Positions 8,832 to 19,846 of a stretch of DNA of 64,000 nt are shown here, piece after piece. The notes under the pieces were generated by a model that was not told where the DNA came from, made no database searches, and was given only the letters and a program-made list of their open reading frames with translations. The stretch is taken from positions 124,001-188,000 of the IMG/VR virus record IMGVR_UViG_3300028840_006257, one strand, 5' to 3'. Made by a program: the position numbers and the translations under genes. Every line of letters starts with the position of its first letter. Position 1 is the stretch's first letter.

Positions 8832-11800
8832 ATGCCGACCCGGCCCAAATTCTTCCCGTCCTCCGTCAGCCGGTACCTCGACCCGAAGGAGCGTGCCTGG
8901 GACACCGTCATCGCGCTCAAGGGGAAGCTCGTCCTCGACTCCGAGAAGATCCTCCAGCAGGACGTGCGCGAGCTCGACCGGATGCGCCAGCTCGCGCGGA
9001 CGGTCCCGTCGGGTTGGATTCGAGGGCAGTCGCGCGGTGACTCCTACGACGACTTCAGCTACGACGCACCGTGGCTCCCCGGGCCGGTCCTCAACCCCGA
9101 CTGGACGGCCAACGCCTTCCACATGCGGAAGGTCCAGGCGCTCGTCGGGGGCCTGCTCGTGGACGTAGAGTATACGAACACGGACACGCCGGGAGACAAC
9201 CTGATCGTCCTGGACTCGCCGACGGTCTTCGATGGCACGCCGCCGTCGGTCAAGCGCACGGACTTCGTGTTCCTCGAGGTCTGGCTCGCGCTCGTCAGCG
9301 AGAGTCCCAACGCGAAGGGGTCCCTGACCGTCAGCGATCCCGTTGCCTCCGCGCCGGGTGACACGGTGCTGGTCGACGGAGTGACCCTCACGGGCGTGCT
9401 GGTCGTCCCCGCACCGAACCAGTTTAGGATCTTTCCCGGCAGTCCGACCAACACCGCGGCGAGCATCGCGACGCAGCTCAACGCGGCGGTCGCCTCGGTC
9501 AACTGCGTGGCGGACGCTAACATCGTGAGGATCACGGCGGCGCAGGCCGGAGCGGCGGGCAACGCCATCACGCTGAACAGCAGCAACCCGGTCGCGATCC
9601 TGGCATCTGGCGGCTTCCTCACGGGAGGCGCGGACACGCCGAACAAACCGACCCAGGACCTGATCTACCGACACGGCAACGTCCTCTCCTCCGCCGCCGT
9701 CGCGCTCCCCGACGACATCGAGGATCCCATCGTGGGGGCGGAGACCACCAGCAGGGTCCAGGTGCAGTACCGCATCCGCCACACCGGCGCGGCCGAGGGC
9801 GTGGACTTCAAGCTCGAGTGCGACGGCTTCTCTAACCCGGCGGTCCTCGGGCAGGGAACTCAGTCGGCCCCGGTGACCGACTACCCCTTCGTTCCCGCCG
9901 ACCTCAAGACCGTCCTGCTGAACTCGGACGCCCGTGACGGGGTGGCCGGTCCCGAGATCGGCTACGGCATCCTGGACAACGGGCTCTGGATCGCGGGCGA
10001 CGGGACGCAGGCGAGCGCCACCGCGCTGGGAACCGTCGACGGATTCTCGTACGCCGTCCCGATCGGCTTCGTGTTCCGGCGCAACGACGCCACGCCCGGG
10101 ATCGGGTTCGACCCGCGCACGAACTCGAACGGCGGACTCCTGGCCAACCATGCCGCCCACGCGAACGTCAACCTGTTCGCCAGCGTTCCGGTCGGCGAGT
10201 CCGACCGCCCCGACGGTCTCTTCGCGGACGCCATCGCGGACACGGACGTGATGGACCTGCGCAGGCACGTGAAGTTGACGGGCCAGGATCTCGGTGCCGA
10301 ACTCCAGTTCCAGATGCAGGCGCTCCAGGACGGGGACTACCGGACGTGGGCGATCGACACGGCCTCGAAGCAGATGCTCGGCAACGGCTCGGGCGACGTG
10401 TCCACGCGGAACCTGGTCGCGAACGAGGTCGGACGCACGCTAGCGAAGGGCGGCACCGCGCCCCTCTCCGGGGACACGACCAGGGGCGAGACGATCCGCA
10501 ACTTCGACCACTTCGCCCGACGTTTCGGCGATCAACCCGTCGTGGAGCGCGTCGTGCTGGAGCTCTACGCGACGGACGACCAGGTCGGGCCTCCCGCACA
10601 TCCTGGAAAGTACGTCGTGCGTCCGGGCTACGCGGTCGCCTTCAGCGGGTGGGCCGAGGGGGACGAGATCAACATCGACCTTCTGGAACTCAACGCCACC
10701 ACGCTGGGCGACTTCGACCCCAACAACGTCGTTTCCGTACCGGGGCCACCCCCGACGGGAACGGTGCTCGACTACGCTCCTCCGGGAACGACGATCACCG
10801 ACGTCCTCTCCCTCTACCACGACGACGGCAATTTCAACGTCGCGGTGGACCAGACGGCGAAGCCGACGACGATCATCGGGCTCGGGACCTCGCACGTCCA
10901 GATTACCCTCGACCAGAACCCGACGCAGGTAAACGGCGGACTCCCGGTGGCCGACCACGACATGGTCGGCACGAGCGGCACGGGTGACGTGGGTTCGCAG
11001 CGCAGGATCTTCGTCGAGCTCGAGGTGACCTACCCCATCGGCGTCGGGACCACGGACACGCCCGACCTCGAGCTCTTCCCCGACACCACGGGCTGGCCCT
11101 ACCGGGCGATGATCGAGAACTGGCTCCCGACGGGCCCCGACCAGCGGCCGCTGGACATGGAGGACCGACGCGCCCCCGAGTTCCGACAGGGATTCCGCGA
11201 GGTGGGGATCGAGTACGTGGCGAACGATCCGACGGGGGGCGGAGGCCATGCCGGCGTTCCCATCGGGACGCTCACGCCCGAGACGGTCGTCAGCCGCGAT
11301 CCTCTGAGCTTCGTGCTCGGGCGGCGTTTCTGGGGCGACTCCGTCACGTCCGTCCTCGTCACGGACGCGAACGACACGAACCCCCGCGACGTGGACGATC
11401 CCAACACCCACTACGGCGCCTCCTCCAGGCTCGTGGTGCTCAACAACACCGGCATTCCCCCGGCCGTCCCGCTCTCCGGAGCGGGCCAGACCCTCTGCGA
11501 GGTGAGGTTCTTCGCGCAGGACGCCATCCCGAACTTCGGCCCCCCGGGTGGCGGCTACCAGCAGGCGATTTACTTCCGCACGAACGCCCCGCAGACGGCG
11601 GGCGTCAAGGAGGGAACGATCAGCACGGTCGTCACGGATTTCCCGTACTCGGGCTCCCTCGGGCCGATGCCCGCGACGCTGGAGGTCGAGCCGCTGTACC
11701 TCTCGGGCAACGTCTGGACCGGCCAGGTCGGCATGGGAAGCGTCGAGCTTCCCTTCCCCTACTACGCCCCGCTCGATCAGCTTCCCGTCAACGACGGCCA

Positions 11801-12284
11801 GACGGAGGTTCCGCCTCCTCCACCTCCCGACCTCTTCCCGGGCGAGCACTACTTCGCGGCCACGGCCACCATCGCCATCGACGACTTCGACGCGGCGGTG
11901 GGGACCCTCACGCTCCAGAGCCTCGTGCCCGCCGAGGGGAGTCAGCCGTGGACGGTGGGAGGGGTGCCGACCACGGACGTGCCCTACAAGGACGCGGAGT
12001 TCCGGGCCGTCTACCCGGTGATAAACCGCTCGGGACACCGCCCGACCGCGATGGGACAGCCGACGAGCAACGTCGTGCGCCACAAGGTCTTCGTCCCGTG
12101 CCTCGTCCGCGCGATGCAGGACAGCGTGTTGTTCCGCAAGGACGAGCTCCTCCTGCTCGTGATCACTCGGTGGGCGCGGCTCGACGACCACAACGTCGTG
12201 GAGTTCGCGGACGCGGGGAGCACGACGGGGGTGGGCGTGTTCCGCACCAAGAACCTCCTCATGACCGCGGGGAACCAGGAGTAG
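8832..12284 (+). CDS. Large virion protein (~1150 aa), DUF6519-like N-terminus, paralog of 19847-25495
   Basis: Start refined to ATG 8832, just after the HNH stop. SRYLDPKERAWDTVIALKGKLVLDSE resembles the DUF6519-type N-terminus; several motif blocks are shared with the 19847 ORF. Confidence 0.6.
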   Translation: MPTRPKFFPSSVSRYLDPKERAWDTVIALKGKLVLDSEKILQQDVRELDRMRQLARTVPSGWIRGQSRGDSYDDFSYDAPWLPGPVLNPDWTANAFHMRKVQALVGGLLVDVEYTNTDTPGDNLIVLDSPTVFDGTPPSVKRTDFVFLEVWLALVSESPNAKGSLTVSDPVASAPGDTVLVDGVTLTGVLVVPAPNQFRIFPGSPTNTAASIATQLNAAVASVNCVADANIVRITAAQAGAAGNAITLNSSNPVAILASGGFLTGGADTPNKPTQDLIYRHGNVLSSAAVALPDDIEDPIVGAETTSRVQVQYRIRHTGAAEGVDFKLECDGFSNPAVLGQGTQSAPVTDYPFVPADLKTVLLNSDARDGVAGPEIGYGILDNGLWIAGDGTQASATALGTVDGFSYAVPIGFVFRRNDATPGIGFDPRTNSNGGLLANHAAHANVNLFASVPVGESDRPDGLFADAIADTDVMDLRRHVKLTGQDLGAELQFQMQALQDGDYRTWAIDTASKQMLGNGSGDVSTRNLVANEVGRTLAKGGTAPLSGDTTRGETIRNFDHFARRFGDQPVVERVVLELYATDDQVGPPAHPGKYVVRPGYAVAFSGWAEGDEINIDLLELNATTLGDFDPNNVVSVPGPPPTGTVLDYAPPGTTITDVLSLYHDDGNFNVAVDQTAKPTTIIGLGTSHVQITLDQNPTQVNGGLPVADHDMVGTSGTGDVGSQRRIFVELEVTYPIGVGTTDTPDLELFPDTTGWPYRAMIENWLPTGPDQRPLDMEDRRAPEFRQGFREVGIEYVANDPTGGGGHAGVPIGTLTPETVVSRDPLSFVLGRRFWGDSVTSVLVTDANDTNPRDVDDPNTHYGASSRLVVLNNTGIPPAVPLSGAGQTLCEVRFFAQDAIPNFGPPGGGYQQAIYFRTNAPQTAGVKEGTISTVVTDFPYSGSLGPMPATLEVEPLYLSGNVWTGQVGMGSVELPFPYYAPLDQLPVNDGQTEVPPPPPPDLFPGEHYFAATATIAIDDFDAAVGTLTLQSLVPAEGSQPWTVGGVPTTDVPYKDAEFRAVYPVINRSGHRPTAMGQPTSNVVRHKVFVPCLVRAMQDSVLFRKDELLLLVITRWARLDDHNVVEFADAGSTTGVGVFRTKNLLMTAGNQE

Positions 12285-12288
12285 TGCC

Positions 12289-15200
12289 GTGCCTCGCATC
12301 GTAGATCCGTCGACCATCAGGAAGGGGCCGGGCACGGCGAACCAGAACTCCGTGGACGCCAACTCCTTCACGGACGAGGTGGTCGACGGTCAGGGGCAGG
12401 CGCTCGCCGCCCACGTGAACGACCCGCAGGACGCGCATCCCGCCTCCGCGATCTCGACCACGGGCTCGGGGGGTCAGTTCGACGGCGACGACGTCCAGGA
12501 GAACCTGGACGAGCTCTCGGCCCTCGTGCCGACGCGACCGCCGACGGTGGGGAACTGGAGCCGCGTGCTCGCGTTCTCGGGCATCACTGACTGGGGGAGC
12601 CTCAAGCTCCTCGATGGTGGGTTCGTCGATCGCGGAGACGTGACGCCGCCCGACCCGAACAACCCGACGAACGATTTCTTCGTATACGGCGAGTTCTGGT
12701 GGCCGCCGTTCGAGACCCAGAACATCAGCAGCTCGCCCAACCCGCCGGGCGACGTGTTCACGATCCCCGGCAACGACCCGGCGACCGACCCCACATTCAA
12801 CATCGACCCCGCGGGCACGGGCGATCCGACCTATACCGGAGGAGGTCCGGGAACAACCCATCAGGGCGGCTTCACGCGCTCGCAGCCGGTCATCGAGACC
12901 GCGAGGATCCTGGCACAGGGACCGGGAGGTCCCGTGGTCGTCTCGGGATCCCTCTATCCCGGTGACCGGGGCGTCGTGGCCCTCTTCCACTGGCCGGCGG
13001 GAGGAGACGTGGCGGCCTTCCTCGCGCAGCCTCTCGGAGACCGGGTCATCGCGGCGCTCCTGTGCGGACAGGGAGTCAACGACCAGTGCGACGGAGACCC
13101 CGGGGGCATTTTCTCCGAGGGCGCTCCCGACGTGTTCGCGTTCCCGGGCCGCGCGAGCGGACAGTTCGACCTCGTCGAGCTCCACTCGGGAGTGGACGGT
13201 CAGACGGGCGACCTTATCCCGCCCGGGCCGGATCCCGCGGCAGGTCAGGTGCGCCTGGGCACGGACCCGCTCGCGGGCCCCGTCATCCTCAACGGCATCC
13301 CCATCTTGGGAGGCACGACCATCGCTCGAGGAGGCGGCAACGACAACAACTACTTCCGCTACCGGCTCCCCTACCTCGACGACTACAGCTCCACCACGGG
13401 TATCGCGTTCACACCCGACATCCAGAAGCCGCGCTATTTCCAGAAACCCGTCGTTTCGGTGGCCGCCGGTACGGACCTCTCCCAGGCTGGGGACTTTGCT
13501 GATTTCCCGAAGAACTACTGGACCTTCCAGGTCGCCCGGTACCGGCACAGGTTCCTCCTCGACTCGCCGCCCGACGACCAGGGCAGCTACCTCCTGCTGC
13601 ACTTCAGGCGCGAGGCCGACTTCGAGGCTTTCGCCCGCGACGGGATCATGCCCGACGACGTGGGTTTCGGGTACGAGCTCTGGAGCGCGGAGATGGTGAA
13701 CTACGCGAACCCGGAGAGCACCGACAACCTGATCGACGTCAGTGATCCCTCCGAACCCATCACGTCAGGCGCCTACCACGTCCATAGGTCTGCGACCTTC
13801 GAGGATCCGGACACTACGCCGACGAGCACGGCCCTCACCTACACGTACCAGGTCGAGCAGGACGAGGTCATGTTCTGCTCGGGCGTCCAGTACTTCCTGC
13901 CGAACGGCAGCGGGGCCGGGACGAACTGGCAGATCGACACGCTCAACTGGAGCGTCAGCAACCTCTGGGCGAACTCCTACGTGCTCGGCACCGGGGTGGG
14001 CGCGACGTACGTCACGCCGGGACTCTGGCACCGCGTGCCCGCCATCCTATACCTCGGCATCGGCACGGCGAGCACCCAGATCCTCGATGGCTCGGGACCC
14101 GGATTCGACGGCTTCTCCGTCTATCAGCGGATGGATTTTCCGTACTCGTCTCTGGGGTCCGTGAGCGGCCCCTTCGACCTGACGAATGGCCCGCAACCCG
14201 GCGACTCGGCCGACATCGTCCTGACCGGTGTCGACACGCCCGTCAGGTTCAACGGCGACGACGCCCAGTGTCACTTCTGGTTCGACGGCCGCGTGCGCAT
14301 GTTCGGACGCAAACCCCTCGGCAGCGACACGCCAACGACCCCGGCGACCACGTTCCTCTTCCCCAACCCGGGCCTCGACCAGATCCTCATTCACACGACC
14401 TCGCACGCTCCCTCCTACGCGAGCCAGGGCGTCTACGGGAACTTCAAGACGGGACCGGGCGATAACCCGCCGCGGCCCACCCTCGAGGACCAGCGGAAGG
14501 ACGTCGAGGAGAGGTTCTACGACGAGGTCTACCGCGTGGCCGAGTCGGCCATGGTCTCCCTCGACCCGACCTTCAACGTCGGGATGGGCGTCGGAAACCT
14601 CGTCGGTCCGGGCCTCCCCTTCCCGGCGAGCACCATCGAACTCCCCGTGCGCTTCGCCTCCGAGGCGCTCGTCGCCTTCGGCTTCGCGAGCTACCTCAGG
14701 ACGGACCTGCACCTGCTCGACCTCGCGACGGCGCCCGCGGTCGCGAACGAGGCGCAGGTCTCGGGGCTCCCCGACCGGGATCCTCCCGCGACGGAGGGCG
14801 CCGAGAATCCGTGTCCGTTCTCGGGCATGCTGATCTACCCGCAGGTCGACTACACGAGCGGTTTCCGCCCCTCCGTGGCGGACGGCGACGTCACGACGCC
14901 GCAGCCCGACTACAACGTGGTGGCGGATCCTGAGCGCGTCTACATCCGGGTCTTCGACGCGGCCTACAGCAACGATGCGAACCAGGAGAACGGGGTCGTC
15001 GGCCAGAACCTCCTGACGTTCAGGATCGACGGGCTCGAGCGCTCCGACTTCGCCTACTGGCCGCCCGGTCCGGGCAGTCCATGGATCGCGATCGAGGTGA
15101 AGATTCCCGGACTCACCACGTGGATGGACATGGGTCGCGCCGATGGAGGCGGCCCCTCCAAGCAGGACCCGCTGGCGGACGGCGCGGGCTGTCAGGTGTT

Positions 15201-15513
15201 CGGGTCCTCGGTCAGTTTCGACGGCCGCGACGCGACCACGGGCACCGTGTACGCACAGGTTCGGATCAACGTCGGACCCGCCGCCAACGTCTTCGCGAAC
15301 ACGGGCGCCGTCGCCGTGGCCGGGGTCGCCCCGGTCATGGTCCGCGTGCGCATCAAGCAGGCGGGCACGGCCCTCAACTTCACGCAGGGAGGTCCCTCGG
15401 CACCCACGAACGTGCCCCGCGCCTTGACGGGCATAACGCTGCTCCGGCACAGCGACGGGTTGGGACCCAACGACTCGTGGCCCTACGGACCTCCGTCGCC
15501 CTTCGTCCCCTGA
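12289..15513 (+). CDS. Large virion structural protein (1074 aa)
   Basis: Long GC3-rich ORF with the AHVNDPQDAHPASAIS motif typical of tail-fibre/tail-associated proteins; in the structural operon. Confidence 0.55.
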   Translation: MPRIVDPSTIRKGPGTANQNSVDANSFTDEVVDGQGQALAAHVNDPQDAHPASAISTTGSGGQFDGDDVQENLDELSALVPTRPPTVGNWSRVLAFSGITDWGSLKLLDGGFVDRGDVTPPDPNNPTNDFFVYGEFWWPPFETQNISSSPNPPGDVFTIPGNDPATDPTFNIDPAGTGDPTYTGGGPGTTHQGGFTRSQPVIETARILAQGPGGPVVVSGSLYPGDRGVVALFHWPAGGDVAAFLAQPLGDRVIAALLCGQGVNDQCDGDPGGIFSEGAPDVFAFPGRASGQFDLVELHSGVDGQTGDLIPPGPDPAAGQVRLGTDPLAGPVILNGIPILGGTTIARGGGNDNNYFRYRLPYLDDYSSTTGIAFTPDIQKPRYFQKPVVSVAAGTDLSQAGDFADFPKNYWTFQVARYRHRFLLDSPPDDQGSYLLLHFRREADFEAFARDGIMPDDVGFGYELWSAEMVNYANPESTDNLIDVSDPSEPITSGAYHVHRSATFEDPDTTPTSTALTYTYQVEQDEVMFCSGVQYFLPNGSGAGTNWQIDTLNWSVSNLWANSYVLGTGVGATYVTPGLWHRVPAILYLGIGTASTQILDGSGPGFDGFSVYQRMDFPYSSLGSVSGPFDLTNGPQPGDSADIVLTGVDTPVRFNGDDAQCHFWFDGRVRMFGRKPLGSDTPTTPATTFLFPNPGLDQILIHTTSHAPSYASQGVYGNFKTGPGDNPPRPTLEDQRKDVEERFYDEVYRVAESAMVSLDPTFNVGMGVGNLVGPGLPFPASTIELPVRFASEALVAFGFASYLRTDLHLLDLATAPAVANEAQVSGLPDRDPPATEGAENPCPFSGMLIYPQVDYTSGFRPSVADGDVTTPQPDYNVVADPERVYIRVFDAAYSNDANQENGVVGQNLLTFRIDGLERSDFAYWPPGPGSPWIAIEVKIPGLTTWMDMGRADGGGPSKQDPLADGAGCQVFGSSVSFDGRDATTGTVYAQVRINVGPAANVFANTGAVAVAGVAPVMVRVRIKQAGTALNFTQGGPSAPTNVPRALTGITLLRHSDGLGPNDSWPYGPPSPFVP

Positions 15514-15523
15514 GGAGCTCGAG

Positions 15524-18500
15524 ATGGCGGAATTCACCGATCAGGACAGAGAGCTGCTCGACAAGCTTCGCAAGGCCCTCGAGAGGGCGGCCAAGACCTC
15601 CTCGGCTCGCACTCCGTGGCAGGAGCACGTCAGCCGCGACGAGTCCGTGGACGCCAACCGAGCGGCCCTGGCGGCCAAGATCGTCGAGGGGTTCTCGGGC
15701 TCCTGGGCGGCCCAGTACGAGTACGGATTCGGCTCGCTCAACCGCGCCGCCTTCGCCACCGGGGACCGTCCTTTCACGGAGGTTGACCCCCTCGGACCGC
15801 CAGCTCCGATCCGCGCCAAGACCAACAAGCTGGGGCGTCGCGGGCCGCCCGAGATCAACTTCGTCCCATACAACTGGCGCACGAACACCTTCGGGAGTAA
15901 GGGACCCGCCGTCGTCGGCCACCCCATCAGCTTCGAGGTCGTCGGCCCCACGCTGAAGTCGCCGTTCACCGACTGGACCTGGCGCGTGGACCAGGGTGCG
16001 GGCGCCAACGGCGGCGACCTGCTGACTCCCGACGTGCGCCCGGACGGGATCGCCTCCCTGTTCACCACGTCTCTCACCACGATGTACGGACCCCAGGTCG
16101 TCCCGTCGTGGACGCTCGGAGACGCGAACGAACCCAACGGCGGACTGTACCTCGTCGTCACGGACGACGGCACGAACCCGGGCTCGCTGTACACGGGCGG
16201 CGGCCAGGTCGCCATGAGTGCGCTCCCGAACTTCCTGGACACGGCGCGCTACGAGATCTTCAGGATCTCGGCCATCACCGTCGACAGCATCGAGGTCCAT
16301 CCCAACAAGAGCCTCTCGAACTTCTTCGACCTGCCCCTCTCCGGCACTCGCTGGATCAGGGCGATCATGATCGTCAGGCCGTACGTGACGCGGCTGGCGG
16401 CGATACCCCAGACGGGCGCCGAACCCGACGGGGGGCCGCCCACGGGACGAGAGCAGACGTTCGCCATCGTCTCCCCTGAGCGCGCGGCCACGTCGGACCT
16501 CTTCCCACCCTTCGCGGGCACCGGCCCCGGCAGCGGCGACGGAAGCTGGTTCGGAGGCGGCTTCACGGAGGCGCGAGCTCCCGGCTCGGGCATCGCCCCG
16601 GGGGACGTCGACGTGTACGGAGGCGGCGTGCGCCTTCCGATTCCGGTTCCCGTCATGGAGGGACGAGGAAACGTGGAGACGGGCCTCGCCGTGCTCCCTT
16701 CCGTGCCGACGGGCACCTGGAAGATCTACACGCCGAACGCCCCGTTCCTCATCCCGGAGTTCTCCGCCGAGTACCCCATCGCGAAGCTCTTCGCGACGTG
16801 GAAGGACGACGCGCTGCCGGACTTCACGATGGGAAGCGTCGAGAACGCCCTCGGATGGTTCGACGTGATCGCCGTTCAGGGACCGAACGGGCCCGACGCG
16901 ACGGTCTTCGCCCGCGTTCCTGAGGCCGATCCACAGACGGGCCTGATCTACTACGGGCCGGGCCCCTACATCCAGAACGTCACCCTCACCACGGAGGTGG
17001 GCTTCGAGCTGTACCAGCCGGTCTCCGAGCTCTGGAGGGGGCCGTTCAGCCTCGACAAGGTCGAGGCCACGCGCATCAGGAACCTGATCGATCCGCGCTG
17101 GGTCGAGCGCTTCACCAAGCAGATCTCGGACCCCACGCTGCCGACTCCGTTTCACCTTCCGCCTCCTCCTCGGGGCTCCGGAGCCGGAAGGCCCGACAGG
17201 GCGATTTTCCCGACGGAGATCATGGGCCGCGGATTCCCGGACGCCGCGAACCCGGGCAACCTGATGGACCTCGGCTTCCGCGTGGTCCTGTATCCGGCCA
17301 AGGAGGTCGCGGACCTGGCCGTGCCCGACTTCGACATGCCGATAGTGAGCCGCGAGGTGCTGATCGACGGCTCCGAGACCGACGAGGACCAGTACGTCGA
17401 GGTCGACTACTCGGCCGGGATCGTGCGCCTGAGCGTCCCTCCTCCGGCCTCTTCGGGCGGCGTGCCCTCGGCTCCCTCGGACATCGTGCCGAACGGCATC
17501 GTCGGCCTGACCACGAACAACGAGAGGGGCGAGGTGGTCCTGTTCGCCGCCTGCGTGCCCTACTCGATGGAGGACTCGCAGGTGGGGACGGGCGCGAGGA
17601 TCACGTCCCACGCCAGCACCGAGGGCACGGACTACGACGTCTCGAGCGCCGAGGTCCGAGCCCAGATTGACCTGGACAACACGGCCTTCGTGCCCGGGGC
17701 GCCCTACGTCGGAGTCAGCCCGCTCACGGGAGCGAACGACCTCGTGCTCGACCGGATCTGGAACGGTCCCGAGACGGGAGTCGTGACCGTCACGCAGGGA
17801 AGCGATGACTCTCCGGCCTTCGGGCGGTGGGGGTACATGAAGCGCAAGCTCGTCACGGTTCCCGCGATCCCGTTTTCCAGGCAGGTCACGGCGCTCGGCG
17901 AGCTCTCGTGCGGCACCTCGGCCCTCGACCCGACGCCTCTCTCGGGCGAGCCGCGGTCCGTGATCATGCGACGCGAGGTCGTCTTCTCGCCCAGTTCGCC
18001 GACGGTGCCCAGCTTCGCCGACACCTACGTGGGCGACACGACGTTCGGCAGCTCCATCAGGGCCGACGTCCTCCGGTTCCAGGACTGCCGGACGATCTAC
18101 GACGTGGACGGATCGGTCACGATAGTGCCGCGGTCGCCCGGCTTCGCGTGGCACCAGGCTGGGGAGTGGGGCCCGGCCGGCGACGAGGACCCGATCTCGC
18201 TGGACGACCTGCTCACCACGACCGGCGTGCTGGGGGGCGTCCTCTACCAGGAAGACCAGGGCGCCGGGTTCATCCCGAACGCGCCGTCGCAGGGGTTCAC
18301 ACGGAGCGACTACGTTCACGGCCAGTACTGGCGCCTGCCGTCGGGGAACACCATGAACTGGTACCGGGGCGCCATCACCAGGAACAGCCGGATCGTGGCC
18401 TCCCACAACTTCCGTCTGGTGGTCAAGTTCAAGTTCCTGCTCGACCTGGGAAACGTCGGGTTCTACATTGGACTGATCGGCCCCTCGGGGACGGCCACCG

Positions 18501-18937
18501 TGCAGGACGCGGTGATCGACCCTGCACCCACGAACCGGGACTTCCTCGGGCTGCGCATCTTCGGACCAAACAACCCGGCCACGCCCTTCACGTTCATCGG
18601 ACAGGAGGTTCCCCAGCCGCCAGGCCTCACCCGTCTTCGCTCGACCGTCGGTCTGCGAGATACGCCCCTCTTCTTCGTCATGGAGAGCGAGCAGTACTTC
18701 GACTCGCCCGACTATACGGTGAGGGTCCCGGCCTTCGTGAAGATGGGCCTCTACGACGAGAACTTCAACGAGCTTGGTCGGGCCCGGTACTACAACCAGC
18801 TCGAGGTGCCGGACGCCGAGATGGAGTTCTGCATCGCGAATCTCAACCCCGGTCCCGTGGTCGGCGCGAACCAGCTAGATCTCTACTACGTGAAAATCAT
18901 CAACCGTACGGACCTCCCGTTCCCGCAGATTCCCTGA
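15524..18937 (+). CDS. Large putative virion structural protein (1137 aa)
   Basis: SD GAGGAG; long Pro/Gly-rich ORF contiguous with structural genes; no recognisable enzyme motif. Confidence 0.5.
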   Translation: MAEFTDQDRELLDKLRKALERAAKTSSARTPWQEHVSRDESVDANRAALAAKIVEGFSGSWAAQYEYGFGSLNRAAFATGDRPFTEVDPLGPPAPIRAKTNKLGRRGPPEINFVPYNWRTNTFGSKGPAVVGHPISFEVVGPTLKSPFTDWTWRVDQGAGANGGDLLTPDVRPDGIASLFTTSLTTMYGPQVVPSWTLGDANEPNGGLYLVVTDDGTNPGSLYTGGGQVAMSALPNFLDTARYEIFRISAITVDSIEVHPNKSLSNFFDLPLSGTRWIRAIMIVRPYVTRLAAIPQTGAEPDGGPPTGREQTFAIVSPERAATSDLFPPFAGTGPGSGDGSWFGGGFTEARAPGSGIAPGDVDVYGGGVRLPIPVPVMEGRGNVETGLAVLPSVPTGTWKIYTPNAPFLIPEFSAEYPIAKLFATWKDDALPDFTMGSVENALGWFDVIAVQGPNGPDATVFARVPEADPQTGLIYYGPGPYIQNVTLTTEVGFELYQPVSELWRGPFSLDKVEATRIRNLIDPRWVERFTKQISDPTLPTPFHLPPPPRGSGAGRPDRAIFPTEIMGRGFPDAANPGNLMDLGFRVVLYPAKEVADLAVPDFDMPIVSREVLIDGSETDEDQYVEVDYSAGIVRLSVPPPASSGGVPSAPSDIVPNGIVGLTTNNERGEVVLFAACVPYSMEDSQVGTGARITSHASTEGTDYDVSSAEVRAQIDLDNTAFVPGAPYVGVSPLTGANDLVLDRIWNGPETGVVTVTQGSDDSPAFGRWGYMKRKLVTVPAIPFSRQVTALGELSCGTSALDPTPLSGEPRSVIMRREVVFSPSSPTVPSFADTYVGDTTFGSSIRADVLRFQDCRTIYDVDGSVTIVPRSPGFAWHQAGEWGPAGDEDPISLDDLLTTTGVLGGVLYQEDQGAGFIPNAPSQGFTRSDYVHGQYWRLPSGNTMNWYRGAITRNSRIVASHNFRLVVKFKFLLDLGNVGFYIGLIGPSGTATVQDAVIDPAPTNRDFLGLRIFGPNNPATPFTFIGQEVPQPPGLTRLRSTVGLRDTPLFFVMESEQYFDSPDYTVRVPAFVKMGLYDENFNELGRARYYNQLEVPDAEMEFCIANLNPGPVVGANQLDLYYVKIINRTDLPFPQIP

Positions 18938-18976
18938 GAATTCCCCTATAGAAACCCCTCCAAACAGGACTCGCGG

Positions 18977-19765
18977 ATGCGCATAGTAGCCACACTCGTC
19001 GGAGACGAGATCCTCCAGGTGGAGAAGAACCCGCCCGACGGCGAGTCCGTCAGTCGCAACGGGACCTACATGATCCCGATGGCCGAGGGCGTGAAGGTGG
19101 CCGTGGACCCGACGAGTTTCGTGCTGCCATCGTCCAACCCGGACTCGGTCGTGGCGCGGAACTTCGCCGGCCTTCTGGCGCAGTTTCCGATGTACGAGCA
19201 CGTCCTCTACAACCCCCTCATCGAGGGCTCCGACGTGGACGATCTCGACCCCGCCGGAGTTCTGAACGAGGGGTCTCCGGTCACGGCGTCCCACGCTTCG
19301 CGCTTCCAGATCGGACGCGGCACGGCGGGACCGCTCCCCTCTGGGAACGCGGCGAACTCGGTCGCGGTGCTCCCCCAGAACGACGCCCCCGGCGTTGGCC
19401 TCGAGCATCCAGGTGTTCTCGTCACGGACACCATCGACATCGGGCCCTTCACGGGCAACCAAGGTGCCACCGAGTTCCTCGTGTACTGGTACGTCTTCGA
19501 TTTCGAGACGACGCCGGACGTGAACGCGACCTATGGACTCTACACGGGTCAGAACAGTCCGGCGCTGCGACGGGCCATCGAGATCGACCAGGAGCCGAGC
19601 GACTTCGAGGCATTCATCTCCGTCAACGACGGCGCGAACTTCTTCCTTGTGCAGCGCCTCGTCCCCATCGCGTTCTGCACTCCGGGCCTCCTCATCCGGC
19701 TCGCGTTCAAGAACACCGATCCGCTTAAAAAGCGGTACTTCGCCCATTACGCAATCCTCTTCTAG
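18977..19765 (+). CDS. Hypothetical protein (262 aa), probably virion-associated
   Basis: Clean ORF between two giant structural genes; function from context only. Confidence 0.5.
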   Translation: MRIVATLVGDEILQVEKNPPDGESVSRNGTYMIPMAEGVKVAVDPTSFVLPSSNPDSVVARNFAGLLAQFPMYEHVLYNPLIEGSDVDDLDPAGVLNEGSPVTASHASRFQIGRGTAGPLPSGNAANSVAVLPQNDAPGVGLEHPGVLVTDTIDIGPFTGNQGATEFLVYWYVFDFETTPDVNATYGLYTGQNSPALRRAIEIDQEPSDFEAFISVNDGANFFLVQRLVPIAFCTPGLLIRLAFKNTDPLKKRYFAHYAILF

Positions 19766-19846
19766 TCGCATGCAACGGGAAGATAGAACGGCACCTCCAA
19801 CCATCGGCGACCGCACGCCTCGTCGCCGTCCAGGAGCCTTTGAGCT

